This document shows, in pieces, positions 1-11,216 of a stretch of DNA of 32,000 bases (the stretch's first letter is position 1; each line of letters begins with the position of its first letter). The stretch is taken from NCBI RefSeq assembly GCF_043950625.1, contig NZ_CP171007.1. The stretch is one strand, 5' to 3'. The notes beneath the pieces were generated by a model. The model made no database searches. It worked only from the letters and a program-made list of their open reading frames with translations, and was not told where the DNA came from. Position numbers and translations under genes: made by a program. This stretch comes from Alkanindiges sp. WGS2144. Lineage in GTDB: Bacteria; Pseudomonadota; Gammaproteobacteria; Pseudomonadales; Moraxellaceae.

Positions 1-381
1 TACCAGCTCATTCAGCAGGGCTGGCAAACTATTGCGCAGCAACCGGTTAGCCGTGTTAACCACTATATCAGTGATGAGGGTCTAAGCAATGGCGCTCAGG
101 TGATTAGCCGTAGCTGGGATAGCCTGCGCGGTAGCGACTATGTTCGCACTCAGGTTAATGATGGCGTAGCACACTGGTATAAAAACAATAAACAGCACAC
201 TCTGGGTAAGATTCTGCGTGACGTTAATGTAGATGCTACCCTGATCGAACAGGAATTAAAACTGGCGGTCATGCCTGTAATTGATCAACTTATTAATGAA
301 GGTTACGTGGCCAGCCGGGTAGAGAGTTTGCTACGGGAGTTTTATTCATCCAGCGAGGTTAATGCAATTCTTGCCGAATAA
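1..381 (+). CDS. 3' end of a gene that starts left of the window; product unknown
   Basis: Frame 1 is open from base 1 (YQLIQQGWQTIAQQ...) through the listed ORF to the stop at 379-381. I recognise no family motif. Confidence 0.5.
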   Translation, partial: YQLIQQGWQTIAQQPVSRVNHYISDEGLSNGAQVISRSWDSLRGSDYVRTQVNDGVAHWYKNNKQHTLGKILRDVNVDATLIEQELKLAVMPVIDQLINEGYVASRVESLLREFYSSSEVNAILAE

Positions 382-522
382 TTGGCTGAACTTCTGGCGG
401 TTAAATCTGAAATCGCACTGACCTGATATTTAGCCGGGTGAGTGCACCGCTTTTCCTGCTTTTTGTTGCATTTCATGGCACACTTAGAGCAGAAACTTTA
501 GCTAATTTTTGATATTGCCCTT

Positions 523-1056
523 ATGACCCAACTGCTGTGCGACACTGTAGAACTGCTTTTAACTGAAGAAGGCTTTAAGGTAGATCGGGTAAAACCAATC
601 GTTCCTGCTACTGAAATAGACGAAGACGATACCACTACGTTCAGAATTTTTGTGCAGGGGCAACAGGGCGAATGGTCATGCATGGTACGCTGCTTTTCTG
701 CTACCTCGCGCTTACTGGTGTATAGTCTGTATCCTGAACAGGCCCCAGAATCCCTCCGTCCCCGCATGAGCGAGCTGATTTCCCGCATCAACTATGGTCT
801 GATCTTTGGTAATTTTGAGATGGACTGGGAAGATGGCGAATTACGCTATAAAACCAGCATGGACATTGAAGACATTGAGCTAACCAGCACCATTTTGCGC
901 AACCTGGTGTACGGTAACTTTCATAGCTTTGACTTATATTTTCATGCCATTGCGCAAGGTTTAAACACCGAGCGCGAGCTGGATATTATTGTGATGGAAG
1001 CTGAAAATCCTGATATGCCCAGAGGCTTTGACCTGTTGGATGAGATGGTGCATTAA
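523..1056 (+). CDS. YbjN-domain protein (putative sensory-transduction/chaperone-like family)
   Basis: 177 aa, acidic. The pattern '...FRIF..G..GEW.C.V.....S.LLVYS..P......R..M.ELI.R.NYGL..GNFEMD..DGELRYKTS' is typical of YbjN-family proteins. A terminator hairpin follows. Confidence 0.65.
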   Translation: MTQLLCDTVELLLTEEGFKVDRVKPIVPATEIDEDDTTTFRIFVQGQQGEWSCMVRCFSATSRLLVYSLYPEQAPESLRPRMSELISRINYGLIFGNFEMDWEDGELRYKTSMDIEDIELTSTILRNLVYGNFHSFDLYFHAIAQGLNTERELDIIVMEAENPDMPRGFDLLDEMVH

Positions 1057-1073
1057 TTTTTGTTTGTAAAAAT

Positions 1074-1110
1074 AAAAAGCTGGTAATCATTTTTGACTGC
1101 CAGCTTTTTT
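1074..1110. terminator. Bidirectional rho-independent terminator between the ybjN-like gene (+) and fadH (-)
   Basis: AAAAAGCTGG (1074-1083) pairs with CCAGCTTTTT (1100-1109). An A-run lies to the left and a T-run to the right, so a U-tail forms on either strand. It sits between two convergent stops. Confidence 0.6.
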
Positions 1111-1125
1111 AATGCCCTTGATCCG

Positions 1126-3171
<2,046 letters not shown>

Positions 3172-3225
3172 TCAAGCTGGCTTGTCGCGGCTGGCAGTTA
3201 AAAGTGCTTATTGACACTAATTCAC

Positions 3226-3243
3226 TATGCACTTTGTTGCAGG
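3226..3243. promoter_or_regulatory. Degenerate copy of the 3281-3298 palindrome (candidate second operator)
   Basis: TATGCACTTTGTTGCAGG matches TATGCAACTGGTTGCATA at 13 of 18 positions. The two centres are 55 bp apart, within the fadH/padR divergent intergenic region. Confidence 0.3.
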
Positions 3244-3280
3244 TTTTAATGCTATAGATTTATAAATTAAACCCGCCAAC

Positions 3281-3298
3281 TATGCAACTGGTTGCATA
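3281..3298. promoter_or_regulatory. 18-bp perfect palindrome, candidate operator for the adjacent PadR-family regulator
   Basis: TATGCAAC-TG-GTTGCATA has perfect 8-bp arms. It lies about 50 bp upstream of the padR-like start and 122 bp upstream of fadH on the other strand. Confidence 0.45.
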
Positions 3299-3348
3299 AA
3301 TTATTTTTCCAGTATTTAATGCGGCTTTAGTTAATAAAATAATTCGGC

Positions 3349-3897
3349 ATGTCCTTATCTCATGTGTTGCTTACTTCCCTGTTAGAAAAGCCCAGCTCTG
3401 GTTACGATCTGGCACGACGCTTTGATAAATCCATGGGGTTTTTCTGGAATGCGACCCATCAGCAAATCTACCGCGAACTCAAGCGCATGGAAAATCAGGG
3501 CTGGATTAATTCACAACCCGCCAAGGATGCCGGAAAAACCAAAAAGAAGACTTATCATGTGCTGGAAACTGGCAAAGCGGAATTAAAACGATGGGCGGGG
3601 CAACAAACCGACCCCTACATTATTCGTGAAGAGCTGGCAGTACGCTTACGTGCCGAGGCCATTTTGGGCAGCAATGTTTTACAGGCCGAACTACAACGAC
3701 ACTTGCAATTGCATGAAGAAAAACTGGCGCTGTATTTAAGTATTGAGCAGCGTGATTTTATTAAACAGCAACCGTTAAGCCGCGAGCAGAAAATTCAACA
3801 TCAGGTGCTGATTTTAGGCATACAAACGCAAAAAACGCTAATTGATTGGGTGAAGGATACTATTGCGTTGTTTGATGAGTTAGAAAAGACAGAATAA
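3349..3897 (+). CDS. PadR-family transcriptional regulator
   Basis: 182 aa. The N-terminal winged HTH 'LLTSLLEKPSSGYDLARRF.....FFWNATHQQIYRELKRMENQGWI' is the PadR signature, followed by a C-terminal helical dimerisation region. The gene is divergent from fadH. Confidence 0.85.
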   Translation: MSLSHVLLTSLLEKPSSGYDLARRFDKSMGFFWNATHQQIYRELKRMENQGWINSQPAKDAGKTKKKTYHVLETGKAELKRWAGQQTDPYIIREELAVRLRAEAILGSNVLQAELQRHLQLHEEKLALYLSIEQRDFIKQQPLSREQKIQHQVLILGIQTQKTLIDWVKDTIALFDELEKTE

Positions 3898-3939
3898 CAA
3901 TTTTAAACTGAGCAATGAGCTATGGGGAAATGGCAGAAA

Positions 3940-4046
3940 GCACTGAGCGTTAAAAAAATCAAAAAATCATCCGTTAGAAATGAAAATTGTCTGAGCGTAG
4001 CGAGTTTTTTCATTTTAGGATGATGAATTGATTTTTAGCTTAGTGC
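3940..4046. repeat. Long imperfect palindrome (extended hairpin, about 107 nt), REP/MITE-like or structured-RNA element
   Basis: Nested arms pair as follows: GCACT(3940-44)/AGTGC(4042-46); TCAAAAAAA-type run 3954-3962 with 4028-4036; TCATCC(3967-72)/GGATGA(4018-23); AAATGAAAA(3978-86)/TTTTCATTT(4007-15). CTGAGCGT occurs in both the arm (3943-50) and the loop (3991-98). The element lies between the convergent padR and nfuA 3' ends. Confidence 0.5.
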
Positions 4047-4064
4047 CGTTGCCTTGATTTTTTG

Positions 4065-4090
4065 GTTCTTTTGTATCAAGACAAAAGAAC
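4065..4090. repeat. Perfect 10-bp-stem hairpin next to the long palindrome
   Basis: GTTCTTTTGT (4065-74), ATCAAG loop, ACAAAAGAAC (4081-90). Neither strand has a proper U-tail, so this is not a classical terminator. Confidence 0.55.
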
Positions 4091-4168
4091 TCAATAAAAA
4101 TATGGAAACATTCAAACCAAAAACTATAAGACACCGTCGTATAGGCGTAAATGGGGCTGGCAGATGCT

Positions 4169-4825
4169 CTACTTAAAATACGCCCCTTCATTTTGCGTAT
4201 GGTCAGTTTTATCAATCACCCGACCCAGCTCAGGAATATGCTCTTTCAAGGTGGTTTCCACGCCTTGCTTTAAGGTGATATCCACTGCTGAGCAACCCTG
4301 ACAACCACCACCAAACTGCAACACTGCCGTTAAGCCATGGGTTTCATCTTCAAACAGCTCAAGCAGACTCACATGGCCACCATGACCCGCCAGACCCGGG
4401 TTAATTTCGGCCTGCAACACATAAGCAATGCGTTCTTCAATAGACGCATCCTTACCCACGCGTGGTACTTTGGAGTTGGGCGCCTTAAAGGTCAGCTGAC
4501 CACCAAAACGGTCTTTATTGTAGTCAATCACCGCATCTTTTAAGTAAGGCACCGATGGGGTGTCGATATAAGCCGGAAAGCTGTCATATTCCTGTTTATA
4601 GTCCAGTGTATTCACTTCTTCGGGCGTGGCATAAGCCATGCAGCACTCAGCGCGTGCAGTGCCCGGGTGCTCCACAAAAATGCGCACACCAATCCCGGGA
4701 GTGTCCTGTTTAGCCAATAATTCTTTTAAATATTCTTGTGCAGAAGGCGTAATCACCATATTGGGGGTCAAATCTTCTGTATTGGTATCGGTTTGAGTGG
4801 GGTTTTCCAGGTTCTCAACAGACAT
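4169..4825 (-). CDS. nfuA: Fe-S cluster biogenesis/carrier protein NfuA
   Basis: 218 aa with a degenerate IscA-like N-domain plus an Nfu C-domain carrying the GGGCQGCSA CxxC motif. The end (HTQNEGAYFK) resembles NfuA tails. Confidence 0.9.
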   Translation of the reverse strand: MSVENLENPTQTDTNTEDLTPNMVITPSAQEYLKELLAKQDTPGIGVRIFVEHPGTARAECCMAYATPEEVNTLDYKQEYDSFPAYIDTPSVPYLKDAVIDYNKDRFGGQLTFKAPNSKVPRVGKDASIEERIAYVLQAEINPGLAGHGGHVSLLELFEDETHGLTAVLQFGGGCQGCSAVDITLKQGVETTLKEHIPELGRVIDKTDHTQNEGAYFK

Positions 4826-5021
4826 GCTTAAAACTCCTGCATAGACGGTACATCATAGCGCATAGATGGGGGCATTACCATTCATCACAAGCTTAAACAA
4901 CTGTTTAATCATTTATTAACCAGATCAGACACCGCCTTACAAATGTTAAGTCCGGGGTAGCAATTGGATAAGCTGCCCCATGTTGTTATGATGCCACTTT
5001 GCCTCGCTATTATGCTTTATT

Positions 5022-5666
5022 ATGGTTCACCCTGCTTTACTTTCTACGCCCGGCTGGCGTGCCTTGGTCTGTGCTGACTATCAAGGCCCTAAAATTGTGC
5101 TGGTTCATGGTTTGTTGGCTGGCCAGCATATGCAGCGCCATTTGCTCCAGTTCTTGCGTAAAAATGGCTATCCGGATAGTTCTTTATATAGCAACCATCA
5201 GCGCCCTGCCACCATCGCCAAAGACATTGTTCCAGCTGCACAAGCAGGTCGGCCAGTTGTACTCATTGGCTATAGTCAGGGTGGTAGCCAAATTATTAAA
5301 GTAGCAAAAATCCTGAAAAAACAGAATATTAAGGTAAATTTTGCTATTTCTCTGGCGGCGGGTGGGCTAGGCCGTATCTACCCGGCACAATGGGGTTTTA
5401 ACGTACGGCAAATCCCCGACAACATTCAGCATTATTTAAACTATTTTGCCGCAGCAGATGTTTTGGGTACTGATAAAAAATATCACCGCAATCTGGCTGT
5501 TCCCCAAAGCTTTAACACTCGACTGGAAAATATTGCCTATCGTGCTGAAGATCAAGTTGACCATATTGGCATTGTGCGTTGTTACCCATCTGAACGAGTC
5601 ATTCCAGCGGTACAAGAGTTGTTTTTGGATCGTCTGCTTGCTGAACTGGCTATTCTTGACACTTAG
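5022..5666 (+). CDS. alpha/beta-hydrolase fold protein (lipase/esterase-like)
   Basis: 214 aa with 'IVLVHGLLAGQ' (oxyanion-region-like) and a 'GYSQGG' GxSxG nucleophile elbow. The start codon is uncertain. Confidence 0.55.
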   Translation: MVHPALLSTPGWRALVCADYQGPKIVLVHGLLAGQHMQRHLLQFLRKNGYPDSSLYSNHQRPATIAKDIVPAAQAGRPVVLIGYSQGGSQIIKVAKILKKQNIKVNFAISLAAGGLGRIYPAQWGFNVRQIPDNIQHYLNYFAAADVLGTDKKYHRNLAVPQSFNTRLENIAYRAEDQVDHIGIVRCYPSERVIPAVQELFLDRLLAELAILDT

Positions 5667-5754
5667 CCTGTCGTGCCGGCTAATTGACAGCATCCCCTAA
5701 CCTTAAATCTGTTAAACTTATCTTTTTATTTACCCGCTCTTGCTGGAGTTGTTG

Positions 5755-8700
5755 ATGTCCACGCCTACCCCTTCAAATACGCTTGCCACCTTAAAAGAAC
5801 TACTGGCCAAACGGATTTTATTGCTGGATGGCGCAATGGGCACCATGATTCAACGGCACAAACTTGAGGAAGAAGATTACCGTGGCGAGCGCTTTGCCGA
5901 CTGGCCACATGATGTCAAAGGAAACAATGACCTGCTGGTACTGACCCAGCCACAAATTATCCAAGGCATTCATGCACAGTATCTAGAAGCTGGTGCCGAT
6001 ATTATTGAAACCAATACTTTTAACGGCACGCGGGTTTCCATGAGTGACTATCACATGGAAGAGCTGGTGCCCGAAATTAACCGCACCGCGGCACAGCTTG
6101 CACGCGAAGTATGTGATGAATGGACAAAAAAAACGCCGGATAAACCACGCTTTGTAGCCGGCGTTTTGGGGCCAACGTCGCGCACCTGTTCCATTTCTCC
6201 AGATGTGAACAACCCAGCCTTTCGTAATATCAACTTTGATGCGCTGGTAGAAAATTACGTCGAAGCTACCCGCGCCTTAATTGAAGGCGGCGTGGATATC
6301 CTGCTGATTGAAACCGTCTTTGACACCCTGAACTGTAAAGCGGCCATTTTTGCCGTGTATAAAGTATTTGATGACATTGGCCGTGAATTGCCAATCATGA
6401 TTTCCGGCACCATTACCGATGCCTCAGGCCGTACTCTCACCGGACAAACGGCCGAAGCGTTCTGGAACTCAGTACGGCATGGCAATTTATTGTCCATTGG
6501 CTTTAACTGTGCACTGGGCGCCGATGCCATGCGTCCGCACGTTAAAACCATTAGCGACAAAGCCGATATTTTTGTATCTGCTCACCCTAATGCTGGCCTG
6601 CCCAATGCCTTTGGTGGCTATGACGAAACCCCGGAACAAACCGCTGCCTTCTTGCAGGAATTTGCCGAGAGTGGGCTGGTCAATTTAATTGGTGGTTGTT
6701 GCGGTACCACGCCAGAGCACATTGCTGCCATTTATAATGCGGTTAAAGACCTGCCACCACGCCAGATTCCTGACATTGCCCCGGCCTGCCGTTTATCTGG
6801 ACTCGAGCCGTTTAATATTGAAGCCGATTCACTGTTTGTCAATGTGGGTGAACGTACTAACGTGACCGGTTCCAAAAAGTTTTTACGTTTAATCCGCGAA
6901 GAAAATTTTACCGAAGCGCTGGACGTTGCCCGCCAGCAAGTGGACAGTGGTGCACAGGTCATCGACATTAACATGGACGAAGGCATGCTGGATTCCGAAG
7001 GCGCCATGGTGCACTTTTTGAACCTGATAGCCTCGGAGCCGGATATCTCCCGCGTGCCAATTATGGTGGATTCCTCCAAATGGGAAATTATTGAGGCTGG
7101 TCTTAAGTGCATTCAGGGCAAACCCATTGTCAACTCGATTAGCCTAAAAGAAGGCTATGACGAGTTTGTACAAAAAGCCACCCTGTGCCGCCGTTATGGT
7201 GCTGCCATTATCGTCATGGCGTTTGATGAAGACGGTCAGGCCGACACTGCCGCGCGTAAAAAAGAAATCTGCAAACGCTCTTATGATGTACTGGTCAATG
7301 ACGTGGGCTTCCCTGCTGAGGACATTATTTTTGACCCTAACGTGTTTGCCATTGCCACGGGGATTGAGGAACACAACAACTACGCCGTGGACTTTATTGA
7401 AGCCACCGGCTGGATCAAGCAAAATCTACCCAATGCCATGATCTCTGGCGGTGTGTCCAACGTGTCGTTTAGCTTTCGCGGTAATGAGCCGGTACGCGAA
7501 GCCATTCACGCGGTGTTTTTGTACTATGCCATTCAACAAGGCATGACCATGGGAATTGTCAACGCCGGTCAGCTGGCAATTTATGATGACATTCCTAAAG
7601 AGCTTAAGGATATTGTTGAAGACGTGATCCTGAACCGCAATCAGGGCGCATCGGGTAATGAAGCCACCGAAAAACTGCTGGAACTGGCGGAAAAATATAA
7701 AAACGAAGCCAGCGGCGGCAAAAAACCGGTAGAAGACTTGGCATGGCGCAATGAGCCAGTCGCCAAGCGCATGGAATATGCTTTGGTTAAAGGCATTACC
7801 ACTTATATTAATGAAGATACCGAAGAAGCACGGCTGTCCGCCAAACGCCCGCTGGATGTGATTGAAGGCCCACTGATGGATGGCATGAACGTGGTGGGTG
7901 ACCTGTTTGGCGCAGGTAAAATGTTCCTGCCACAAGTAGTGAAATCCGCCCGCGTAATGAAGCAAGCCGTGGCATGGCTCAACCCCTACATTGAAGCAGA
8001 AAAAACCAGCGGACAAAGCAAAGGCAAAGTGCTGCTGGCAACGGTCAAAGGCGACGTGCACGATATTGGTAAAAATATTGTCGGTGTGGTGCTAGGCTGT
8101 AACGGCTATGACATTATTGACCTGGGCGTCATGGTACCCAGCGATAAAATTTTAAAAACCGCCATTGAAGAAAACGTAGATATTATTGGTCTATCTGGTC
8201 TGATTACGCCAAGTCTGGATGAAATGGTATTTGTCGCCAAGGAAATGCAGCGGCAGGACTTTAAACTACCCTTACTGATTGGCGGTGCCACTACCTCTAA
8301 AGCCCACACGGCTGTGAAAATTGACCCGCACTACCATAATGATGGTGTGATTTATGTGGCCGACGCCTCGCGTGCGGTGGGTGTAGCCACTACCCTACTA
8401 TCACCAGAAATGAAGCCGGATTTTGTGGCCAAAGCGCGTGAAGAATACGCCAAAGTGCGCGAGCGGCTGGCTAACAAACAGCCTAAAGCCGCCCGTCTGG
8501 ATTATCTGGCGGCGGTAGATAACGGCTTTAAAACCAACTGGCAGGATTATCGCCCACCAGTGCCCAACCAGTTAGGTCGTCAAGTGCTACGTAACTATCC
8601 ACTGGAAAAACTAGTGCCCTATATCGACTGGACACCATTTTTTGTATCGTGGAGTCTGGCAGGCAAATACCCCAAAATCCTGCAAGATGAAGTTGTGGGT

Positions 8701-9465
8701 GAAGCTGCACGTGATTTGTTCGAACAAGCGCAAACCATGCTCAAGGATATCATTGACCATGACCGCCTGGATGCACGTGCGGTATTTAGTCTGCAACCTG
8801 CGGCACGCATCGCAGCGGACGACTTAGTGGTGTATAGTGATGAATCGCGCGATACAGTCACGCATACCTTCCATCACTTGCGTCAGCAGACCGATAACGT
8901 CAACCGTAAGCCGAATATGTCTTTGGCGGATTATGTGGCTCCAGCAGATTCGCATGCGCAGGACTATTTGGGTGGCTTTACCGTGTCCATTTTTGGTGCT
9001 GAGGAAATGGCGGTAGACTATCGTGCCAAGGGCGATGACTACTCGGCTATTTTGGTGCAATCACTGGCGGATCGCTTAGCAGAAGCCTTTGCCGAGCATT
9101 TGCATGAACGTATCCGTAAGGAATTCTGGGGTTATGCCAGTGATGAAGCGCTGGACAACGAAGCCTTAATTAAAGAGCAATACTTAGGCATTCGTCCGGC
9201 ACCGGGTTATCCGGCCTGTCCTGAGCATTCAGAAAAAGCCACTTTGTTTAACTGGCTGGATTCTACCGCGCAAATTGGCACCCAGCTCTCTGAGCATTAC
9301 GCCATGATGCCGCCGTCTTCAGTGAGCGGTTTTTATTACTCTCATCCAGAGTCGGATTATTTTAATATTGGTAAAATTGGCCGCGACCAATTAGAGAATT
9401 ATGCCAAGCGTAAGGGCTGGAGCATTGAGCAGGCGGAGAAGTGGTTGGCGCCGAATTTGGAGTAA
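5755..9465 (+). CDS. metH: Cobalamin-dependent methionine synthase
   Basis: The ORF track gives 1241 aa from TTG 5740; I prefer ATG 5755 (MSTPTP...). All MetH modules are visible: Hcy-binding ([11 protein letters not shown]), pterin-binding, B12-binding ([10 protein letters not shown], the DxHxxG motif) and the AdoMet activation domain (...[14 protein letters not shown]...). Confidence 0.95.
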   Translation: MSTPTPSNTLATLKELLAKRILLLDGAMGTMIQRHKLEEEDYRGERFADWPHDVKGNNDLLVLTQPQIIQGIHAQYLEAGADIIETNTFNGTRVSMSDYHMEELVPEINRTAAQLAREVCDEWTKKTPDKPRFVAGVLGPTSRTCSISPDVNNPAFRNINFDALVENYVEATRALIEGGVDILLIETVFDTLNCKAAIFAVYKVFDDIGRELPIMISGTITDASGRTLTGQTAEAFWNSVRHGNLLSIGFNCALGADAMRPHVKTISDKADIFVSAHPNAGLPNAFGGYDETPEQTAAFLQEFAESGLVNLIGGCCGTTPEHIAAIYNAVKDLPPRQIPDIAPACRLSGLEPFNIEADSLFVNVGERTNVTGSKKFLRLIREENFTEALDVARQQVDSGAQVIDINMDEGMLDSEGAMVHFLNLIASEPDISRVPIMVDSSKWEIIEAGLKCIQGKPIVNSISLKEGYDEFVQKATLCRRYGAAIIVMAFDEDGQADTAARKKEICKRSYDVLVNDVGFPAEDIIFDPNVFAIATGIEEHNNYAVDFIEATGWIKQNLPNAMISGGVSNVSFSFRGNEPVREAIHAVFLYYAIQQGMTMGIVNAGQLAIYDDIPKELKDIVEDVILNRNQGASGNEATEKLLELAEKYKNEASGGKKPVEDLAWRNEPVAKRMEYALVKGITTYINEDTEEARLSAKRPLDVIEGPLMDGMNVVGDLFGAGKMFLPQVVKSARVMKQAVAWLNPYIEAEKTSGQSKGKVLLATVKGDVHDIGKNIVGVVLGCNGYDIIDLGVMVPSDKILKTAIEENVDIIGLSGLITPSLDEMVFVAKEMQRQDFKLPLLIGGATTSKAHTAVKIDPHYHNDGVIYVADASRAVGVATTLLSPEMKPDFVAKAREEYAKVRERLANKQPKAARLDYLAAVDNGFKTNWQDYRPPVPNQLGRQVLRNYPLEKLVPYIDWTPFFVSWSLAGKYPKILQDEVVGEAARDLFEQAQTMLKDIIDHDRLDARAVFSLQPAARIAADDLVVYSDESRDTVTHTFHHLRQQTDNVNRKPNMSLADYVAPADSHAQDYLGGFTVSIFGAEEMAVDYRAKGDDYSAILVQSLADRLAEAFAEHLHERIRKEFWGYASDEALDNEALIKEQYLGIRPAPGYPACPEHSEKATLFNWLDSTAQIGTQLSEHYAMMPPSSVSGFYYSHPESDYFNIGKIGRDQLENYAKRKGWSIEQAEKWLAPNLE

Positions 9466-9510
9466 GATTTTAATTCTCCACTTATAAATTTTTCATTAAA
9501 AAATAACCAA

Positions 9511-9553
9511 GCCTTATGATAGTTACCAATGGTAGTGATCATAGGGCTTTTTT
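9511..9553 (+). terminator. Rho-independent terminator of metH
   Basis: GCCTTATGAT (9511-20) pairs with ATCATAGGGC (9538-47), including one G-U pair. There is inner TACCA/TGGTA pairing, followed by TTTTTT (9548-53). Confidence 0.7.
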
Positions 9554-9693
9554 ATGGAACATACCAAAATTTTCAGTTAGGCCGCAGTCAAGCGGTACGC
9601 TTGCCTAAAGCATTTCGCTTGGCTGGCAAAGAAGTTGTCATAAGAATTCGACAATGGAGTGCTTTTACACTGTTATTGACAGCCTGGCATTAA
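9554..9693 (+). pseudogene. Decayed VapB/AbrB(SpoVT)-type antitoxin remnant with no cognate toxin
   Basis: ATG 9554 gives MEHTKIFS and then TAG. The -1 frame continues as LGRSQAVRLPKAFRLAGKEVVI, the hallmark GRSQAVRLPKxFRF motif of AbrB-fold antitoxins. The original frame resumes as EFDNGVLL, and the third frame reads TVIDSLALK. That implies at least 3 frameshifts within about 140 nt. Confidence 0.55.
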
Positions 9694-9710
9694 AACCCGC
9701 CTCACAAAAC

Positions 9711-9734
9711 AAAAAACTCCCCTTGCGGAGAGTT
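9711..9734 (-). terminator. Rho-independent terminator of the DUF2505-like gene
   Basis: The minus strand reads ACTCTCC-GCAA-GGGGAGT followed by TTTTTGTTTTG. This is a 7-bp stem (one G-U pair) with a GCAA tetraloop, starting 11 nt after the stop. Confidence 0.65.
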
Positions 9735-9744
9735 CTTAATGAGC

Positions 9745-10254
9745 TTAAGCCTGCAATTTCTTTTTAGCTTCTTCTTCGACAATTTTTAGCTCAAGCGCAG
9801 TAAATTTGCGAATTTCACCTTCGGCATGTTTTTCCAGCATACCGCCAATTAACGGTACCTTAACCTTTACGTTCCAGGTCATGGTCACGTCCAGTTTTTC
9901 ATGATCACCTGTAATCTGGCGCTCACCTGTGGCTTCTAAAGGCAGGTTTGCCCCCAGGGTTATGGTAGAAGTTAGCTGTTTGACGTTGGTGATATCAGTA
10001 CGCTTAAGGCGAAAGGCATTTTTCAGCAGCTTTTTGGCTACTTCTGGAATATTAACGTCCAGATTATATTCACGACGTAAGGTATAAATATCGCCATTTA
10101 AGCTGGATTCAATAATTTCCAGATTTTCTCCAGGAATACGCCGACATACTGCTTCATGCAAGCTGATATCACCAATGAGTTTTTTAAAATCATCAAAGGA
10201 AATGCCGTGAATGGTTTCTTTGATCGTAAATTGATGCGCCATAAAAATTTCCAT
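9745..10254 (-). CDS. DUF2505 / SRPBCC-like protein (function unknown)
   Basis: 169 aa. The alternation of beta-strand-like segments and a C-terminal amphipathic helix (EIRKFTALELKIVEEEAKKKL) resembles DUF2505/polyketide-cyclase-like SRPBCC proteins. The real start may be the MAHQF Met at 10242. Confidence 0.5.
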   Translation of the reverse strand: MEIFMAHQFTIKETIHGISFDDFKKLIGDISLHEAVCRRIPGENLEIIESSLNGDIYTLRREYNLDVNIPEVAKKLLKNAFRLKRTDITNVKQLTSTITLGANLPLEATGERQITGDHEKLDVTMTWNVKVKVPLIGGMLEKHAEGEIRKFTALELKIVEEEAKKKLQA

Positions 10255-10429
10255 TTTGCTTATTACTTAAGTTCAAATCCATTGAGACTGGATTTAATCA
10301 ATCTTAAAATTATAGCATTATTGGTAATCACTATTTATCTCTGGTGCTGGACTTTTTTCCTACAAAGCAAATTTATCATTGCTCAAAACGAACGGTTATT
10401 GTCAGCAGGGATATTCATCAGTTTGCTCA

Positions 10430-11167
10430 CTAGCGCCAGTAATCATCCGGGGGTTGTGGCAAATTGGTCATCACATTGCGCAGGCCATCCGACCATTGAT
10501 GACGAATCAGGGAAAAATACGGGTCCGTATCGTGTAAACGCCGCCCTTCTGGCAGGTTAAACTCATTATTACGATAGACAATTAAATCCAGCGGCGTACC
10601 CACAGAAACATTGGAGCGCAAGGTAGAATCAAAGGAGATCAGGGCGCAGCGCAGGGCTTTGTCCAAAGGAGTGTGATAATTTAAGGCACGATCCAGAATC
10701 GGCTTGCCGTATTTGCTCTCACCAATCTGAAAATATGGCGTATCAGTGGTGGCTGCAATAAAGTTGCCTTGCGGATAGATACTGTATAACTCAGCTGGCT
10801 CTCCCATAATCTGCCCGCCCAGCAAAATAGAGCTGGAAAAATCATACTCGTGGCTATCAGCAAGATGGGTGACCTGTTTAACCACTTCAGTCATACACTC
10901 ACCAACAATTTCTGCTGCTTCAAACAGGGTCGGCACGTTATGCAGATTTTTGCTGGCATTGCTTTGAATCTGGTGCTGCATATGCGTGATCACCGCCTGC
11001 GAAGTTGCCAGATTACCTGCTGTTTGCAGCACAATAAGGCGCTCCCCTTTTACACCAAAGCGATGCAGTTTGCGGAAGGTTGAGATATGGTCCACGCCAG
11101 CATTGGTGCGTGAATCACTAACAAACACCAACCCTTCTTCAAGACGCATGGCGACACAGTAGGTCAT
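10430..11167 (-). CDS. Anbu (ancestral beta-subunit) proteasome-type peptidase
   Basis: 245 aa. The N-terminus MTYCVAMRLEEGLVFVSDSRTN places Thr directly after Met, giving an Ntn-hydrolase nucleophile with no propeptide, as in Anbu/COG3484 proteins. An AGGAAG SD precedes the ATG. It is the last gene of the ATP-grasp/alpha-E/transglutaminase cassette. Confidence 0.85.
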   Translation of the reverse strand: MTYCVAMRLEEGLVFVSDSRTNAGVDHISTFRKLHRFGVKGERLIVLQTAGNLATSQAVITHMQHQIQSNASKNLHNVPTLFEAAEIVGECMTEVVKQVTHLADSHEYDFSSSILLGGQIMGEPAELYSIYPQGNFIAATTDTPYFQIGESKYGKPILDRALNYHTPLDKALRCALISFDSTLRSNVSVGTPLDLIVYRNNEFNLPEGRRLHDTDPYFSLIRHQWSDGLRNVMTNLPQPPDDYWR

Positions 11168-11216
11168 AATTCTTCCTGTTCCTATTGAGGGCTATTGATA
11201 CATTGCAATTCAGGGC

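Noticed and set aside
4015-4215. A 66-aa minus-strand ORF spanning the palindromic element and overlapping the 3' end of nfuA.
   Set aside because: It overlaps nfuA and runs through the hairpin/repeat region, and its sequence has no family features. It is most likely an artefact of the repeat.
5740-5754. The TTG start at 5740 for metH, as given in the ORF track.
   Set aside because: ATG 5755 (MSTPTPSN...) lies 5 codons downstream and is the more conventional start. The difference does not affect the call.
7426-8061. A 211-aa antisense ORF inside metH, along with many other 60-130-aa ORFs antisense to or out of frame with fadH, metH, leuA, the M48 gene, the C-N hydrolase and others.
   Set aside because: All lie wholly inside strongly supported genes. 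Their translations are low-complexity or compositionally odd (His/Phe/Cys/Arg-rich) and have no start context. They are typical shadow ORFs.
10156-10560. A 134-aa plus-strand ORF bridging the DUF2505 gene start, the intergenic region and the Anbu gene 3' end.
   Set aside because: It overlaps two better-supported minus-strand genes at both ends, and only about 175 nt of it is intergenic. It has no RBS.
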